Program-made: the position numbers and the translations under genes
Assembly: GCF_000039765.1 (NCBI RefSeq)
Contig: NC_004459.3
Span: 2,541,127 to 2,573,126, forward strand
Origin: Vibrio vulnificus CMCP6
GTDB taxonomy: Bacteria; Pseudomonadota; Gammaproteobacteria; Enterobacterales; Vibrionaceae
Length of the DNA stretch: 32,000 bases
Reading direction: 5' to 3'
Shown here: one piece after another, positions 8,179 through 17,471 of the stretch
How the letters are laid out: every line of letters begins with the position of its first letter
Numbering within the stretch: position 1 is the first letter of the stretch
Notes under the pieces: generated by a model
The model's input: only the letters and a program-made list of their open reading frames with translations
What the model was told of the DNA's origin: nothing
Databases searched by the model: none

Positions 8179-8586
8179 GTGCAACATTTTAACGGATGCA
8201 AATTAGTTGTTCATTGTAACGAGCAAATTCTTACCTATAAAAGAGATAATATTTCTTCCATCTCATACCCAAATTGCTGGGACTTACCTGGTGGCGGTCG
8301 TGAAGGGAACGAAACGCCAGAGGATTGTGCACTAAGAGAATTGAAAGAAGAATTCGGTATCGAACTGTGCCCATCGCGTATTCATTACAAGCAAAAAGTG
8401 GAAAGTCATACAGGCTTTGGTTGTGCGTATTTTCTAGCGGTTACGATAACCGAAAGTGAGTTACGCGAAATTCAGTTTGGCGATGAGGGGCAATATTGGA
8501 AGCTTATGGACATAGAAACGTACTTAGCCCTCTCAGACGCTGTGCCATCCAACCAGCAAAGAATAAGAGGCTATCTCAACCTATGA
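8179..8586 (+). CDS. Nudix hydrolase
   Basis: Nudix box GGGREGNETPEDCALRELKEEFGI. Start set at GTG 8179, 6 nt after AGGAG. The track TTG start lies inside the attC. Confidence 0.7.
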   Translation: MQHFNGCKLVVHCNEQILTYKRDNISSISYPNCWDLPGGGREGNETPEDCALRELKEEFGIELCPSRIHYKQKVESHTGFGCAYFLAVTITESELREIQFGDEGQYWKLMDIETYLALSDAVPSNQQRIRGYLNL

Positions 8587-8595
8587 GTTCGTATT

Positions 8596-8722
8596 GCTAA
8601 CAAGGCGTTTAAGACGGATTCACAACGCTTGGCATTTTCGGTTTGCTTTGAATTTAGTGTTTACGGCACAATGGTTTAGGTTTGGTGGTTGGCGTTGTTC
8701 ACCACTTAACGCGGCGTTATGC
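8596..8722 (+). repeat. attC site 14
   Basis: R'' GCTAAC, R' GTTATGC; arm class 4. Confidence 0.9.
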
Positions 8723-9067
8723 TTAATCACGTAAAATCAATTGGTTGCATCTTTTTTTGCTTTCTCGGCTTTATAATTTTGGTCTTGTCGGCAAGTTGAC
8801 TTCAGTGATCGCTGTTTGCTGGACTTCAATTCGTGGGCGCTAAAAATTCAGAGAGTTGCCTCATTGAAATGCAGTGTTTTGGTGAGGTGAGCGCAGCTTG
8901 CTCAGTTTCAAAGCTAGAGCTTCAACTTTCGTTTCTCACGTTGAGATTCAATGCAAAATAAATCGAATTTATGAGTTAATTCAGTTTTTTAGCCTATGGT
9001 TTTGGTTTGCAAAGGTAAGTCGAGTTAAGCTCTTGGTATCGTAAAACTTAACCCTTTGAGTCTTAAA
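8723..9067 (+). repeat. gene-less cassette body, family B copy B2
   Basis: Same blocks as B1/B3 (TTAATCACGTAAAATCA.., TGTCGGCAAG, ..TATGAGTTAATTCAGTTTTTTAGC.., GTAAGTCGAGTTAAGCTCTTGG) but more diverged. Confidence 0.85.
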
Positions 9068-9192
9068 CATAACAAGGCGTTCAAGAGGGATTCATGCCGC
9101 GTGGCATTTTTGGTATGCAGTAAGTTTTGGTGGTGAAGTGGTCTGCGGAAAGCTGGTTTATGCGGCATTCACCCCTTAACGCGGCGTTATGC
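9068..9192 (+). repeat. attC site 15
   Basis: R'' CATAAC, R' GTTATGC; arm class 1. Confidence 0.9.
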
Positions 9193-9221
9193 CACAAGAC
9201 GTTCAACATGGAGGAAAGGAA

Positions 9222-9848
9222 ATGGATTTAAACGCAATATTACTATTTGTAGTCGCTTGCCTGGCTATCAATATGATACCTGGCCCAGACGTAATCTACA
9301 TCGTCTCAAACACAATGAAAGGCAAGCTTACAACTGGATTTAAAGCTGCAATTGGTCTAGGTGTTGGCTACTTTGTACATACATTAGCTGCGTGTTTAGG
9401 TTTGTCCGCGATAATCCTCAGCTCTGCTGCAGCTTTTAGTGCGGTAAAATGGTTGGGTGCCGCTTACTTAGTATATTTAGGTGTCCAGTCTCTGCTATCT
9501 ATGTGGCGTGGAGGCAGTAAAATAGTGGTTAGTGAAAGTGTTGAAACCAACAAAAATGTATTTATACAAGGCGTTATTGTTAGTGTTTTGAACCCGAAGG
9601 TAGCACTATTCTTCCTTTCATTTTTACCTCAGTTTGTCGATAAATCTGCAGGCTCCGCGTCAATGCAATTATTAGTGCTTGGTTTGCTCTTCAGCGCATT
9701 AGCTACGCTGTGTAACGTTCTCTATGCCTCAGTCGGTAGTTGGGTTTTTAGTCGTTCAAATTCTCAGCGTTATTCACGAGCACTTGAGGGTGTCTCGGGA
9801 GTTCTGCTTATTGGGCTAGCAGGCAAAGTCGCAATCAGTGAGCGCTAG
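9222..9848 (+). CDS. LysE/RhtB family amino-acid exporter
   Basis: Start at MDLNAILLF after GGAGGAAAGG. Multi-TM protein with the N-terminal ..PGPD.. and ..NPK..LFFLSFLPQF.. motifs typical of LysE translocators. Confidence 0.85.
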   Translation: MDLNAILLFVVACLAINMIPGPDVIYIVSNTMKGKLTTGFKAAIGLGVGYFVHTLAACLGLSAIILSSAAAFSAVKWLGAAYLVYLGVQSLLSMWRGGSKIVVSESVETNKNVFIQGVIVSVLNPKVALFFLSFLPQFVDKSAGSASMQLLVLGLLFSALATLCNVLYASVGSWVFSRSNSQRYSRALEGVSGVLLIGLAGKVAISER

Positions 9849-9851
9849 TGG

Positions 9852-9975
9852 CATAACAAACAATTTAAGTGTGATTCAGCACGCGTGGCATTTTTGGTAT
9901 GCGGTGGCTTTGGTGCTGAAGTGCTATGCGGTGGCTTGGTCATTGCGTGCTTCACACCTTAATTGGGCGTTAGCT
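9852..9975 (+). repeat. attC site 16
   Basis: R'' CATAAC, R' GTTAGCT; arm class 5. Confidence 0.9.
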
Positions 9976-10317
9976 TAAAACATTAAAAATCAGTTGTTTG
10001 TGGTTTTTCTTTCTTCCTTCGGCCATTCGCTCTGGTTCCTCGGCAAATCCACATTGTTTGTCAACGTGAGTTTCGAACAGTTGCCTCAATTGAGTTTTGG
10101 GACTGCGCGAGGTTCGCCAGTTTGGTGCAAAGTCGCTTTGGAGGTTTTGTTTTAGCTTTGAATTTTCCGAAAGTGATTTATCAAAATTTTCGGGTTTTCA
10201 AATCGCATGAAAGGCAACAAAGTTTGAGCCAATTCGGGTTTCAAAGCTTAAGCGGTTTGTTGGTTTTCCAAATCGGTTTAATCTCAGGCTTGGTAAATCT
10301 AAGGTGCTGAAATTTAA
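9976..10317 (+). repeat. gene-less cassette body, family C (distant relative of A/B)
   Basis: Shares the 5' blocks TAAAAATCAGTTGTTTGTGGTTTTTCTTT, TCGGCAA, AGTTGCCTCAAT and GCGCGAGGTT with family A. The 3' half is diverged. Length 342 bp. Confidence 0.65.
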
Positions 10318-10442
10318 GCTAACAAACTGCTTAAGCGGGATTCGCAATGCGTGGCATTTTCAGTATGCGGTGAGTTTCGTGATTAAAGCGGTGTGCGGTA
10401 GCTTTCGTAGTGCATTGCTCACCCCTTAGCAGGGCGTTATGC
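10318..10442 (+). repeat. attC site 17
   Basis: R'' GCTAAC, R' GTTATGC; arm class 2 variant (CGCAATGCG / GCATTGCTCACCCC). Confidence 0.9.
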
Positions 10443-10794
10443 TTAATCACCTAAAATCAGTGGTTTATGGTTTTTCTTTGTTCCCTCGGCTTGTTAGTTT
10501 CGAGTTTGTCGGCAAGTCAGCTTCATTGGGTGCTATTTTCTGGACATCAATTCTTTGGCGCTGGAAATTCAGAGAATTGCCTCAATCAATTTTCAGGTAA
10601 GCACGAGGATAGGGCGGCTGGCTCAATCAGAAATCAGTTTTCAGTTCTTAGTTGCCCAAGCTTGAAATGTTAAAAGTCCAAGTCTGCCTTTCAAAACTAT
10701 GAGTCATTTCGGTTTTCTAAGTTTTGGCTTTTGTTTGTAAATCAAAGTCGGGTTAATCTTGTTTTGAGTAAAACGTAACCCATTGAAGCTTAAG
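10443..10794 (+). repeat. gene-less cassette body, family A copy A2
   Basis: Family A 5' and 3' blocks are present. The central ~60 bp is unrelated to other copies. Confidence 0.85.
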
Positions 10795-10920
10795 CATAAC
10801 AAGGCGTTCAAGAGGGATTCATGCCGCGTGGCATTTTTAGTATGCGGTTAGTTTTTGTGGTGAAAGTGGTTTGCAGAAAGCTGGTTTAAGCGGCATTCAC
10901 CCCTTAACGCAGCGTTATAA
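10795..10920 (+). repeat. attC site 18
   Basis: R'' CATAAC, R' GTTATAA; arm class 1. Confidence 0.9.
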
Positions 10921-10934
10921 CCTAATGGGAAATA

Positions 10935-11411
10935 ATGAACTTAGTAGATTTTCAAAAAACGGATTTTCACCTGCTTATCGAATGGATCGACTCAGATGAG
11001 TTGAACTATTTATGGGGTGGTCCAGCTTATACTTTTCCGCTGACTTCTGAACAGATCATTGCCCATTGTACCAAGGAAGAAGTATTTCCTTACTTGCTAA
11101 AAGTAAGTGGTCAGAATGCTGGGTTTGTGGAGTTGTATAAAGTCACCAACGAGCATTATCGAATTTGTCGTGTATTTATCTCAAACTCTTATCGTGGGCG
11201 AGGCTTATCAAAATCTATGCTTATGTTATTAATAGATAAAGTCCGGTCAGATTTTTCTGCGACTACGCTTAGTTTAGGCGTTTTTGAACATAACACTGTA
11301 GCTAGAAAGTGCTATGAATCTTTAGGTTTTAATGTCATTGGGATTGAATCTGGCACCAGATCTTTTGATGGTCAATTATGGGGTTTGGTGCGAATGGAAA
11401 AACGGTTATAA
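10935..11411 (+). CDS. GNAT family N-acetyltransferase
   Basis: 158 aa. Motif A-like YRGRGLSKSM and ..HNTVARKCYESLGF.. Stop lies in R''. Confidence 0.8.
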   Translation: MNLVDFQKTDFHLLIEWIDSDELNYLWGGPAYTFPLTSEQIIAHCTKEEVFPYLLKVSGQNAGFVELYKVTNEHYRICRVFISNSYRGRGLSKSMLMLLIDKVRSDFSATTLSLGVFEHNTVARKCYESLGFNVIGIESGTRSFDGQLWGLVRMEKRL

Positions 11412-11532
11412 CAAGGCGTTCAAGTGGGACTTGGCACGCGTGGCATTTCCGGTTTGCGGTTTGTTTAGTGGTTAAGGCGTGATGCGGTCACGTTTGTAGA
11501 GCGTGCCTGCGCCCCTTAACGCAGCGTTATGC
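11407..11532 (+). repeat. attC site 19
   Basis: R'' TATAAC, R' GTTATGC; arm class 3. Confidence 0.9.
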
Positions 11533-11875
11533 TTAATCACGAAAAATCAGTGGTTTATCATTTTTCTTTGTTCCCTAGGTTTGTTCGTTCGAGTTTGTCG
11601 GCAAGTTAGCTTTATTGGGCGCTGTTTTCCGGACAATTATTCTTTGGCGCTGAAAATTCAGAGCGTTGCCTCAATCAATTCTTGAGCAAGCGCGAGGTTA
11701 GGGCATCTGGCTCAATCAGCAATTTGATCTTATTTTTTGGGTTTTAGCAGCCAAATTTCAAAGTCCGATTTTCAAAACTATGAGTCATTTCGGTTTTCTA
11801 CGTTTTGGCTTTTGTTTGTAAATCAAAGTCGAGTTAATCTTGTTTCTAGTAAAGCGTAACCCATTGAAGCTTAAG
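11533..11875 (+). repeat. gene-less cassette body, family A copy A3
   Basis: Family A blocks are present. The ATG seen in other copies reads ATC here. Confidence 0.85.
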
Positions 11876-12001
11876 CATAACAAGGCGTTCAAGTGGGATT
11901 CATGCCGCGTGGTATTTTTGGTGTGCGGTGAGTTTTGGTGGTGAAAGTGGTCTACGGAAAGTTGGTTTAAGCGGCATTCACCCCTTAACGCGGCGTTATA
12001 C
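11876..12001 (+). repeat. attC site 20
   Basis: R'' CATAAC, R' GTTATAC; arm class 1. Confidence 0.9.
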
Positions 12002-12015
12002 AATAAAGAGTAAAA

Positions 12016-12789
12016 ATGAGTACAATAAAAGAGTCAGAAATGGAAAAAGACAAGAATTTAACCCCAGAAGAATTGAAAGAGCGAGCGATTCGTTTCTACA
12101 ACCGTTACGGAAACGAGCTTGAACAGGTTAGAGAGTTGCTTCAAATTCGGTTAACGCAGTTAGCTCATGCATACACTATAAATCACAATCTTCCTCCTGA
12201 AGCCATTACGGTTTCAACACGAGTTAAGAGCCTAGGTAGCTTCCTAAAGAAACTGGAAAAAAAAGGATTCCCTCAGTTCTATTTGCCAACAGAGGTTATT
12301 CAAGACTTAATTGGTGCGCGAGTAATATGTTGGTTTATAGATGATTGTAATGGAATTATGGATTTCATTTCTTCGTCGAATCACCTCGATGTGAAACCTG
12401 AATCAATTGAAGACTACATTACAAACCCTAAGCCTTCTGGTTACCGTTCTATACATCTTCAAGCTCGCGTTGCTTATGACAGTATTAGCAAGGCAAAAGG
12501 CAGCGAAAGTGTTGAAATAAAAAATGAATCAATGCTCTGCGAGGTTCAAATTCGAACGAAGATTCAAGACGCATGGGGTGATATGACACACGAGTTTCAC
12601 TATAAGGCGAAAATAGTTGGTGTAGAAAATGCGATGTTAGAGACAATGCTATCTGAACTATCTAAACGCCTGAGCAATGAAGATAATTCACTATTAACTT
12701 TGAGGGATGCTTATCAAGGGTTGATAGATGAAAAGCAAAAGTCTGGTAAAAGAACTGGCTTCATTGCGAACCCCGAAAATATTGTATAA
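12016..12789 (+). CDS. RelA/SpoT-domain protein (small alarmone synthetase homologue)
   Basis: 257 aa with synthetase-domain landmarks: TRVKSLGSFLKKL, DLIGARVICWF, KPSGYRSIHL, EVQIRTKIQDAWGDMTHEFHYK. Confidence 0.8.
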   Translation: MSTIKESEMEKDKNLTPEELKERAIRFYNRYGNELEQVRELLQIRLTQLAHAYTINHNLPPEAITVSTRVKSLGSFLKKLEKKGFPQFYLPTEVIQDLIGARVICWFIDDCNGIMDFISSSNHLDVKPESIEDYITNPKPSGYRSIHLQARVAYDSISKAKGSESVEIKNESMLCEVQIRTKIQDAWGDMTHEFHYKAKIVGVENAMLETMLSELSKRLSNEDNSLLTLRDAYQGLIDEKQKSGKRTGFIANPENIV

Positions 12790-12909
12790 CAATCTGTTTA
12801 AGAGTGATTCGCAACGCTTGGCATTTTTGCTATGCGTTGCGTTTTGTGTTTAAGGTGGTATGCGGTAGCATCGGTATTGCGTTGCTCACACCTTAACAGG
12901 GCGTTATGC
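12785..12909 (+). repeat. attC site 21
   Basis: R'' TATAAC, R' GTTATGC; arm class 2. Confidence 0.9.
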
Positions 12910-13254
12910 TTAATCACGTAAAATCAGTGGTTTATGTTTTTCTCTGCTCCCTTGGCTGATTGGTTTTGTGCTCATCGGCAAGTTAGCTTCATTGGGCGCT
13001 GTTTTCTGGACATCAATTCTTTGGCGCTGAAAATTCAGAGTGTTGCCTCAGTCAATTTTCGGGTAAGCGCGAGGTTAGTGCGGCTAGCTCAATCAGTACT
13101 TCGAACTTAGGTTTCTGAGTTTTAGCAGCCAAATTTCAAAGCCTGATTTTCAAAACTTATGAGTCATTTCGGCTTTCTACGTTTTGGCTTTTGTTTGTAA
13201 ATCAAAGTCGAGTTAATCTTGGTTTAGGAATAGTTTAACCCATTGAAGCTTAAG
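12910..13254 (+). repeat. gene-less cassette body, family A copy A4
   Basis: Family A blocks are present. A 1-nt deletion directly after the ATG breaks the frame seen in other copies. Confidence 0.85.
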
Positions 13255-13380
13255 CATAACAAGGCGTTCAAGAGGGATTCATGCCGCGTGGCATTTTTGG
13301 CATGCGGTGAGTTTTGGTGGTGAAAGTGGTCTGCGGAAAGCTGGTTTATGCGGCATTCACCCCTTAACGCAGCGTTAGAA
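13255..13380 (+). repeat. attC site 22
   Basis: R'' CATAAC, R' GTTAGAA; arm class 1. Confidence 0.9.
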
Positions 13381-13395
13381 GTTTTGGGAATAAAT

Positions 13396-13848
13396 ATGGG
13401 ATGCAGAAGAGAACTGGGTAGTATCGCAAGCGGTATTATTGGTTCGTTTTGTAGTAGAAACAATGATGTTGATGGCTATTGGGGTATAGGTAAGCTATAC
13501 CTGCTCGTAGAGCACCTTCAAAGTAAGTGTGTTTCTATAAACCTTTGCTCTCAACAGATTGCCCCATATTCTCCGCACTTTGACCTCATGACTGAGAGCT
13601 ATTCAAAGATGTTTAAGGGGCTACTTATAAAACGCTCAATCCCACTTGAATGGGTTAGCTCAGCATACGTTTACGTTGAATTTGAAGCTGATTATGAGGA
13701 GCGTCATCACACTTGGAGGAGGGCATTTGGAAATCCGTGCAATCTAGTTTGTGTAGTCGTAGATGATAATGGCAAAAGTCATGTTGCTCGTGCGTATACA
13801 AGTTGTTTCCCACATGACGCGAAAAGGGAAAGCCGGAGCACTAGGTGA
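13396..13848 (+). CDS. hypothetical protein
   Basis: Start moved to MGCRREL, just downstream of the attC. 150 aa. No family recognised. Confidence 0.5.
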   Translation: MGCRRELGSIASGIIGSFCSRNNDVDGYWGIGKLYLLVEHLQSKCVSINLCSQQIAPYSPHFDLMTESYSKMFKGLLIKRSIPLEWVSSAYVYVEFEADYEERHHTWRRAFGNPCNLVCVVVDDNGKSHVARAYTSCFPHDAKRESRSTR

Positions 13849-13855
13849 GCAAACT

Positions 13856-13981
13856 TCTAACAAGGCGTTCAAGCGGGATTCATGCCGCGTGGCATTTTTG
13901 GTTTGCAGTGAGTTTTAGTGGTGAAAGTGGTCTGCGGAAGGTTGGTTTAGGCGGCATTCACCCCTTAACGCAGCGTTATGT
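13856..13981 (+). repeat. attC site 23
   Basis: R'' TCTAAC, R' GTTATGT; arm class 1. Confidence 0.9.
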
Positions 13982-13996
13982 GTTCAGGAGAAAGCT

Positions 13997-14299
13997 ATGA
14001 GAGTAATTGATACCGAAGATCAGCGATGGTTCTTATTTGAACATGAAGATGATCTCTACTTAGATGCTAACTGTAATCATAGCTTTTTGGGCTACACATA
14101 TATGATTAAGCTCAACGAGACTGAATTAAACCAATATCAATCCGAAGGTAGAGAGTATCTGAACCAGCTTTCTCACGATATCCATTATTCGGCACCTATC
14201 GCTAAAGGTAGCCACTCAGTTTTTAAAGGTCGAGATGTGACTAAACAGTTTTCTACTCTGGCTCTTGCAGCTATAGAAAAATGGCGAGTGTTGAAGTAA
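13997..14299 (+). CDS. hypothetical protein
   Basis: 100 aa with GGAGAAAG SD. Fills the cassette. Confidence 0.55.
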   Translation: MRVIDTEDQRWFLFEHEDDLYLDANCNHSFLGYTYMIKLNETELNQYQSEGREYLNQLSHDIHYSAPIAKGSHSVFKGRDVTKQFSTLALAAIEKWRVLK

Positions 14300-14302
14300 A
14301 CA

Positions 14303-14427
14303 CATAACAAACTGTTCAAGAGGGATTCGCAACGCGTAGCATTTTCGCTATGGGTTGGTTTAAGTGATTAAGGTGGTTTGCGGCGGCTTTGGTATTGCGT
14401 TGCTCACCCCTTAACAGGGCGTTAGGC
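14303..14427 (+). repeat. attC site 24
   Basis: R'' CATAAC, R' GTTAGGC; arm class 2. Confidence 0.9.
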
Positions 14428-14445
14428 AAATCCAAGGAGTTTAAG

Positions 14446-14784
14446 ATGAAACTGACATGCCATTGTGAAAATGTAACTCTTATTTTGAGTGAAATTCCAA
14501 CAGAAGTTGGTGAGTGTAATTGTTCAATTTGTCGACGTTATGCTGCTTCTTGGGCGTATTTTTCTCCGGAACAAGTCGAAGTCACCATGACAAAACCAAC
14601 AGATATCTACTGTTGGGGTGACAAAGAAGTCGAATTTCATCGGTGTTCAGTTTGTGGTTGCATTACTCATTATGTAACTACAGCCAAATGTCTGGATAAA
14701 ATCTTGGCCGTAAACATGCGAATGGCTGAAGCAGAAGTATTGTCAGGTATTGCAGTGAGAAATATCAATGGCGCATCGTACTAA
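14446..14784 (+). CDS. GFA (CENP-V/glutathione-dependent formaldehyde-activating) family protein
   Basis: Start at MKLTCHCENV after AAGGAG. Cys pattern CHC..CNCSICRR..HRCSVCGC is typical of the GFA zinc-binding fold. Confidence 0.7.
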   Translation: MKLTCHCENVTLILSEIPTEVGECNCSICRRYAASWAYFSPEQVEVTMTKPTDIYCWGDKEVEFHRCSVCGCITHYVTTAKCLDKILAVNMRMAEAEVLSGIAVRNINGASY

Positions 14785-14788
14785 TTTG

Positions 14789-14914
14789 CCTAACAAAGCG
14801 TTAAAGAGGGACTTGGCACGCGTGGCATTTTCAGTTTGCGGTAAGTTTAGTGGTTAAGGTGTGATGCGGTCACGTTTGTATTGCGTGCCTGTGCCCCTTA
14901 ACGCAGCGTTAGCT
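14789..14914 (+). repeat. attC site 25
   Basis: R'' CCTAAC, R' GTTAGCT; arm class 3. Confidence 0.9.
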
Positions 14915-14977
14915 GCCATTTGAATATCAGCGAATATCAAGATTTCATCAGTTAAAATTCTAAATAAGGATGTGAGA

Positions 14978-15592
14978 ATGTTCGAAATTAAAACAATTTT
15001 ACCAGTAGTTACTTTGCTGGTTGGTGTGTATTTAGCTCCTTACATCGAAAAACGGAAAAACAAAGCTAAAGCTAATGAAATATATGACAATTTGAAGTTG
15101 GAACTTAATGATGAAATTGGAGAGCTTCCAAATAGGCTAATGAATTTTGCGTCATGCTTAGATAGCCTAACCTATTGGGAGGAAAAAAATGAGCCGAAAA
15201 TAAATCAACCTTGGTTCTATATCCCTCGAGAAACAAGTTGTTATTTTTTAAAGAGTGCAACAGAAAACAGCTTTCAACTATTAACAAAAGAACAACGATA
15301 TGCAGCAAAATCTTTGCAAACACAGCTTACCGGACTTGTTGACTACTGCTTAGAGATAAAAGAAAACAAAGAAGTTACTAAAGAGAATCGGACATTACTG
15401 AAAAACTGTTACAAGAAATATTTGTTCACAGGGTGCTGTGCATTGAACACCATGCGAGTTCTTGCAGGGGATTCGAAAGGCATAACAGGTAAATCTGACG
15501 CAGAAATAATTGATCAAATTTTCAGTGAAATTGGTATTCAACTCGCGGCTAAGGACCTGTACATTACTCACAAAAGAGAGCTCAGCGACTGA
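14978..15592 (+). CDS. hypothetical protein with N-terminal TM anchor
   Basis: ATG 14978 after AAGGA. TM segment ILPVVTLLVGVYLAPYI followed by a helical soluble domain. No family recognised. Confidence 0.55.
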   Translation: MFEIKTILPVVTLLVGVYLAPYIEKRKNKAKANEIYDNLKLELNDEIGELPNRLMNFASCLDSLTYWEEKNEPKINQPWFYIPRETSCYFLKSATENSFQLLTKEQRYAAKSLQTQLTGLVDYCLEIKENKEVTKENRTLLKNCYKKYLFTGCCALNTMRVLAGDSKGITGKSDAEIIDQIFSEIGIQLAAKDLYITHKRELSD

Positions 15593-15596
15593 GACA

Positions 15597-15724
15597 GCTA
15601 ACAAGCAATTTAAGAGGGATTCACAACGCTTGGCACTTTTGCTTCTACTTCAGTTTTAGTGTTTATGGCACAATGCTTTAGGTTTGGGGGCAGGCGTTGT
15701 TCACCCCTTAATTGGGCGTTATGC
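15597..15724 (+). repeat. attC site 26
   Basis: R'' GCTAAC, R' GTTATGC; arm class 4. Confidence 0.9.
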
Positions 15725-15752
15725 AGATTTACTATTTCATTGAGAATTTAGT

Positions 15753-16310
15753 ATGAAAATGGAAACAGATAGGCTTGTTTTACGTCAGTGGCGAGATGAC
15801 GATTATCAACCTTATGCTGCGTTGTGTTCTGATCCTCATGTGATGAGATATTTTCTTGCACCACTTTCGCATGCTGAGAGTTATGAACAAGCAGAAAAAA
15901 TCAAAAAGCTAATTTTAGATAAAGGTTGGGGTTTTTGGGCAGTTGAACTTAAGGCAACGGGGCAGTTTATTGGATTTGTTGGGTTACATAGCCAAGATGA
16001 AGACAGTGGTTTTCCTAATGCTCCTTTTCTTGAAATTGGCTGGCGGCTGTCTTCTGAGTTTTGGGGGCTAGGCTACGCTCCTGAAGCGGCTCAAAAGGCA
16101 TTGCAATTCGCATTTGAAAAGTTAGATGCACCAACAGTTTTTGCATTTACTACTTTGCAGAATCGTCCTTCTCAGCGTGTAATGCTGAAGCTTGGGATGG
16201 TTGATACGAAGCAGGACTTTAGCCATCCAAAGGTAGTTAAAGGCCATCCTTTGGAGCGACATTGCTTGTACGCAATTACACGTGAGCAGTGGTTAGGAAA
16301 ATCTGCATAA
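15753..16310 (+). CDS. GNAT family N-acetyltransferase (RimJ/RimL-like)
   Basis: 185 aa. METDRLVLRQW.., ..FWGLGYAPEAA.., ..NRPSQRVMLKLGM.. Stop lies in R''. Confidence 0.8.
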   Translation: MKMETDRLVLRQWRDDDYQPYAALCSDPHVMRYFLAPLSHAESYEQAEKIKKLILDKGWGFWAVELKATGQFIGFVGLHSQDEDSGFPNAPFLEIGWRLSSEFWGLGYAPEAAQKALQFAFEKLDAPTVFAFTTLQNRPSQRVMLKLGMVDTKQDFSHPKVVKGHPLERHCLYAITREQWLGKSA

Positions 16311-16431
16311 CAAAGCGTTTAAGTGGGATTCATGCCGCGTGGCATTTTTGGTTTGCAGTGAGTTTTGGTGGTGAAAGTGGTCTGCTGAAAGTTGATTTGG
16401 GCGGCACTCACCCCTTAACGCGGCGTTATGT
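16306..16431 (+). repeat. attC site 27
   Basis: R'' CATAAC, R' GTTATGT; arm class 1. Confidence 0.9.
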
Positions 16432-16444
16432 TTTAAGGATAAAA

Positions 16445-16780
16445 ATGAAACATTCAGTTTTTATGAGTTTAGTATTTTTGACTGGGTGTGCTGCTAGTCA
16501 GGCAGCACCAATAGAAGTTCTCAGTTATGAAGCTGATGATAACAATTACACTTTGATAGCTATTAGTGAAAAAAAGCTAACAAGTTCAAATGGTGAAATC
16601 GATAGTGTTTTCGAGGAAAAAATTAAAGAGCTTTGCCCGTATGATTATTTAGTTTCGGAACCAACAGAAGATAATGGCCCCGATGGTACATGGCTAAAAA
16701 GGCACATGGAGTACTATATAATGGCGAACGATGTCAAAAGTGCTCATTCTTACTCTAAAAATGTAAGTTGCACGCTTTGA
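16445..16780 (+). CDS. putative lipoprotein
   Basis: Start at MKHSVFMSLVFLTGC, with an L-T-G-C lipobox. The track start lies far upstream inside the attC. Confidence 0.6.
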   Translation: MKHSVFMSLVFLTGCAASQAAPIEVLSYEADDNNYTLIAISEKKLTSSNGEIDSVFEEKIKELCPYDYLVSEPTEDNGPDGTWLKRHMEYYIMANDVKSAHSYSKNVSCTL

Positions 16781-16787
16781 TTACAAA

Positions 16788-16913
16788 CATAACAAAGCGT
16801 TTAAGAGGGATTTGGCACGCGTGGCATTTTCGGTTTGCGTTGGGTTCAGTGATTAAGTCGCTGTGCGGTAGCTATTGTAGTGCGTGCCTGCACCCCTTAA
16901 CGCGGCGTTAGGC
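16788..16913 (+). repeat. attC site 28
   Basis: R'' CATAAC, R' GTTAGGC; arm class 3. Confidence 0.9.
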
Positions 16914-16936
16914 TTATCAGAGGAAATGTCTCAATA

Positions 16937-17470
16937 ATGAACGATGAATTAGCTCAAGTCTTCGGGTATGAGAGTGCAGAAGATTACAAGCGCTCGATGG
17001 CGGAACGTGAAGAATTGCATACCAAATCGGAAAAGCTCTACGGCAAACAACCGAACGAATGGCCAACAATAACAATTAATTGGGATTATCGCCCTGAATC
17101 TCAGCGGTATTGCTTTGACGGTTTAAGTAAGTCTGAATTTGATGAATTTTACCCAAATGGACTAGTTTTAGGGCATATGCCTCTAAAAGAGTTTGATAGA
17201 TATTTGTGCCATTTTAGTCGTAGAGATGGAGATGAACTTTGGAAAGTTGGCAGTCAATCTAAGTTGGCAAAAATGATTGTATATTTATCTGAGGGTAAAC
17301 CAATCACGCCACCAGTCATAAAGCCTGTTGAAAATAGTGAAGTCATTTTTCAAGGCGGGCATCATCGCTATGCTGTTGCAAAAGCTATTGGGCTTGGAGA
17401 AATTCCCATCTATGCGTACAGAGAGAGCGTCGACGAATTAAACAGGTTCATGAACATACGTTGGGCATAA
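16937..17470 (+). CDS. ParB-like nuclease domain protein
   Basis: 177 aa. The C-terminal ..PPVIKPVENSEVIFQGGHHRYAVAKAIGLGEIPIY.. matches the ParB N-terminal/nuclease-domain core (GxHR..A...G...IP). Confidence 0.6.
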   Translation: MNDELAQVFGYESAEDYKRSMAEREELHTKSEKLYGKQPNEWPTITINWDYRPESQRYCFDGLSKSEFDEFYPNGLVLGHMPLKEFDRYLCHFSRRDGDELWKVGSQSKLAKMIVYLSEGKPITPPVIKPVENSEVIFQGGHHRYAVAKAIGLGEIPIYAYRESVDELNRFMNIRWA

Positions 17471-17471
17471 G

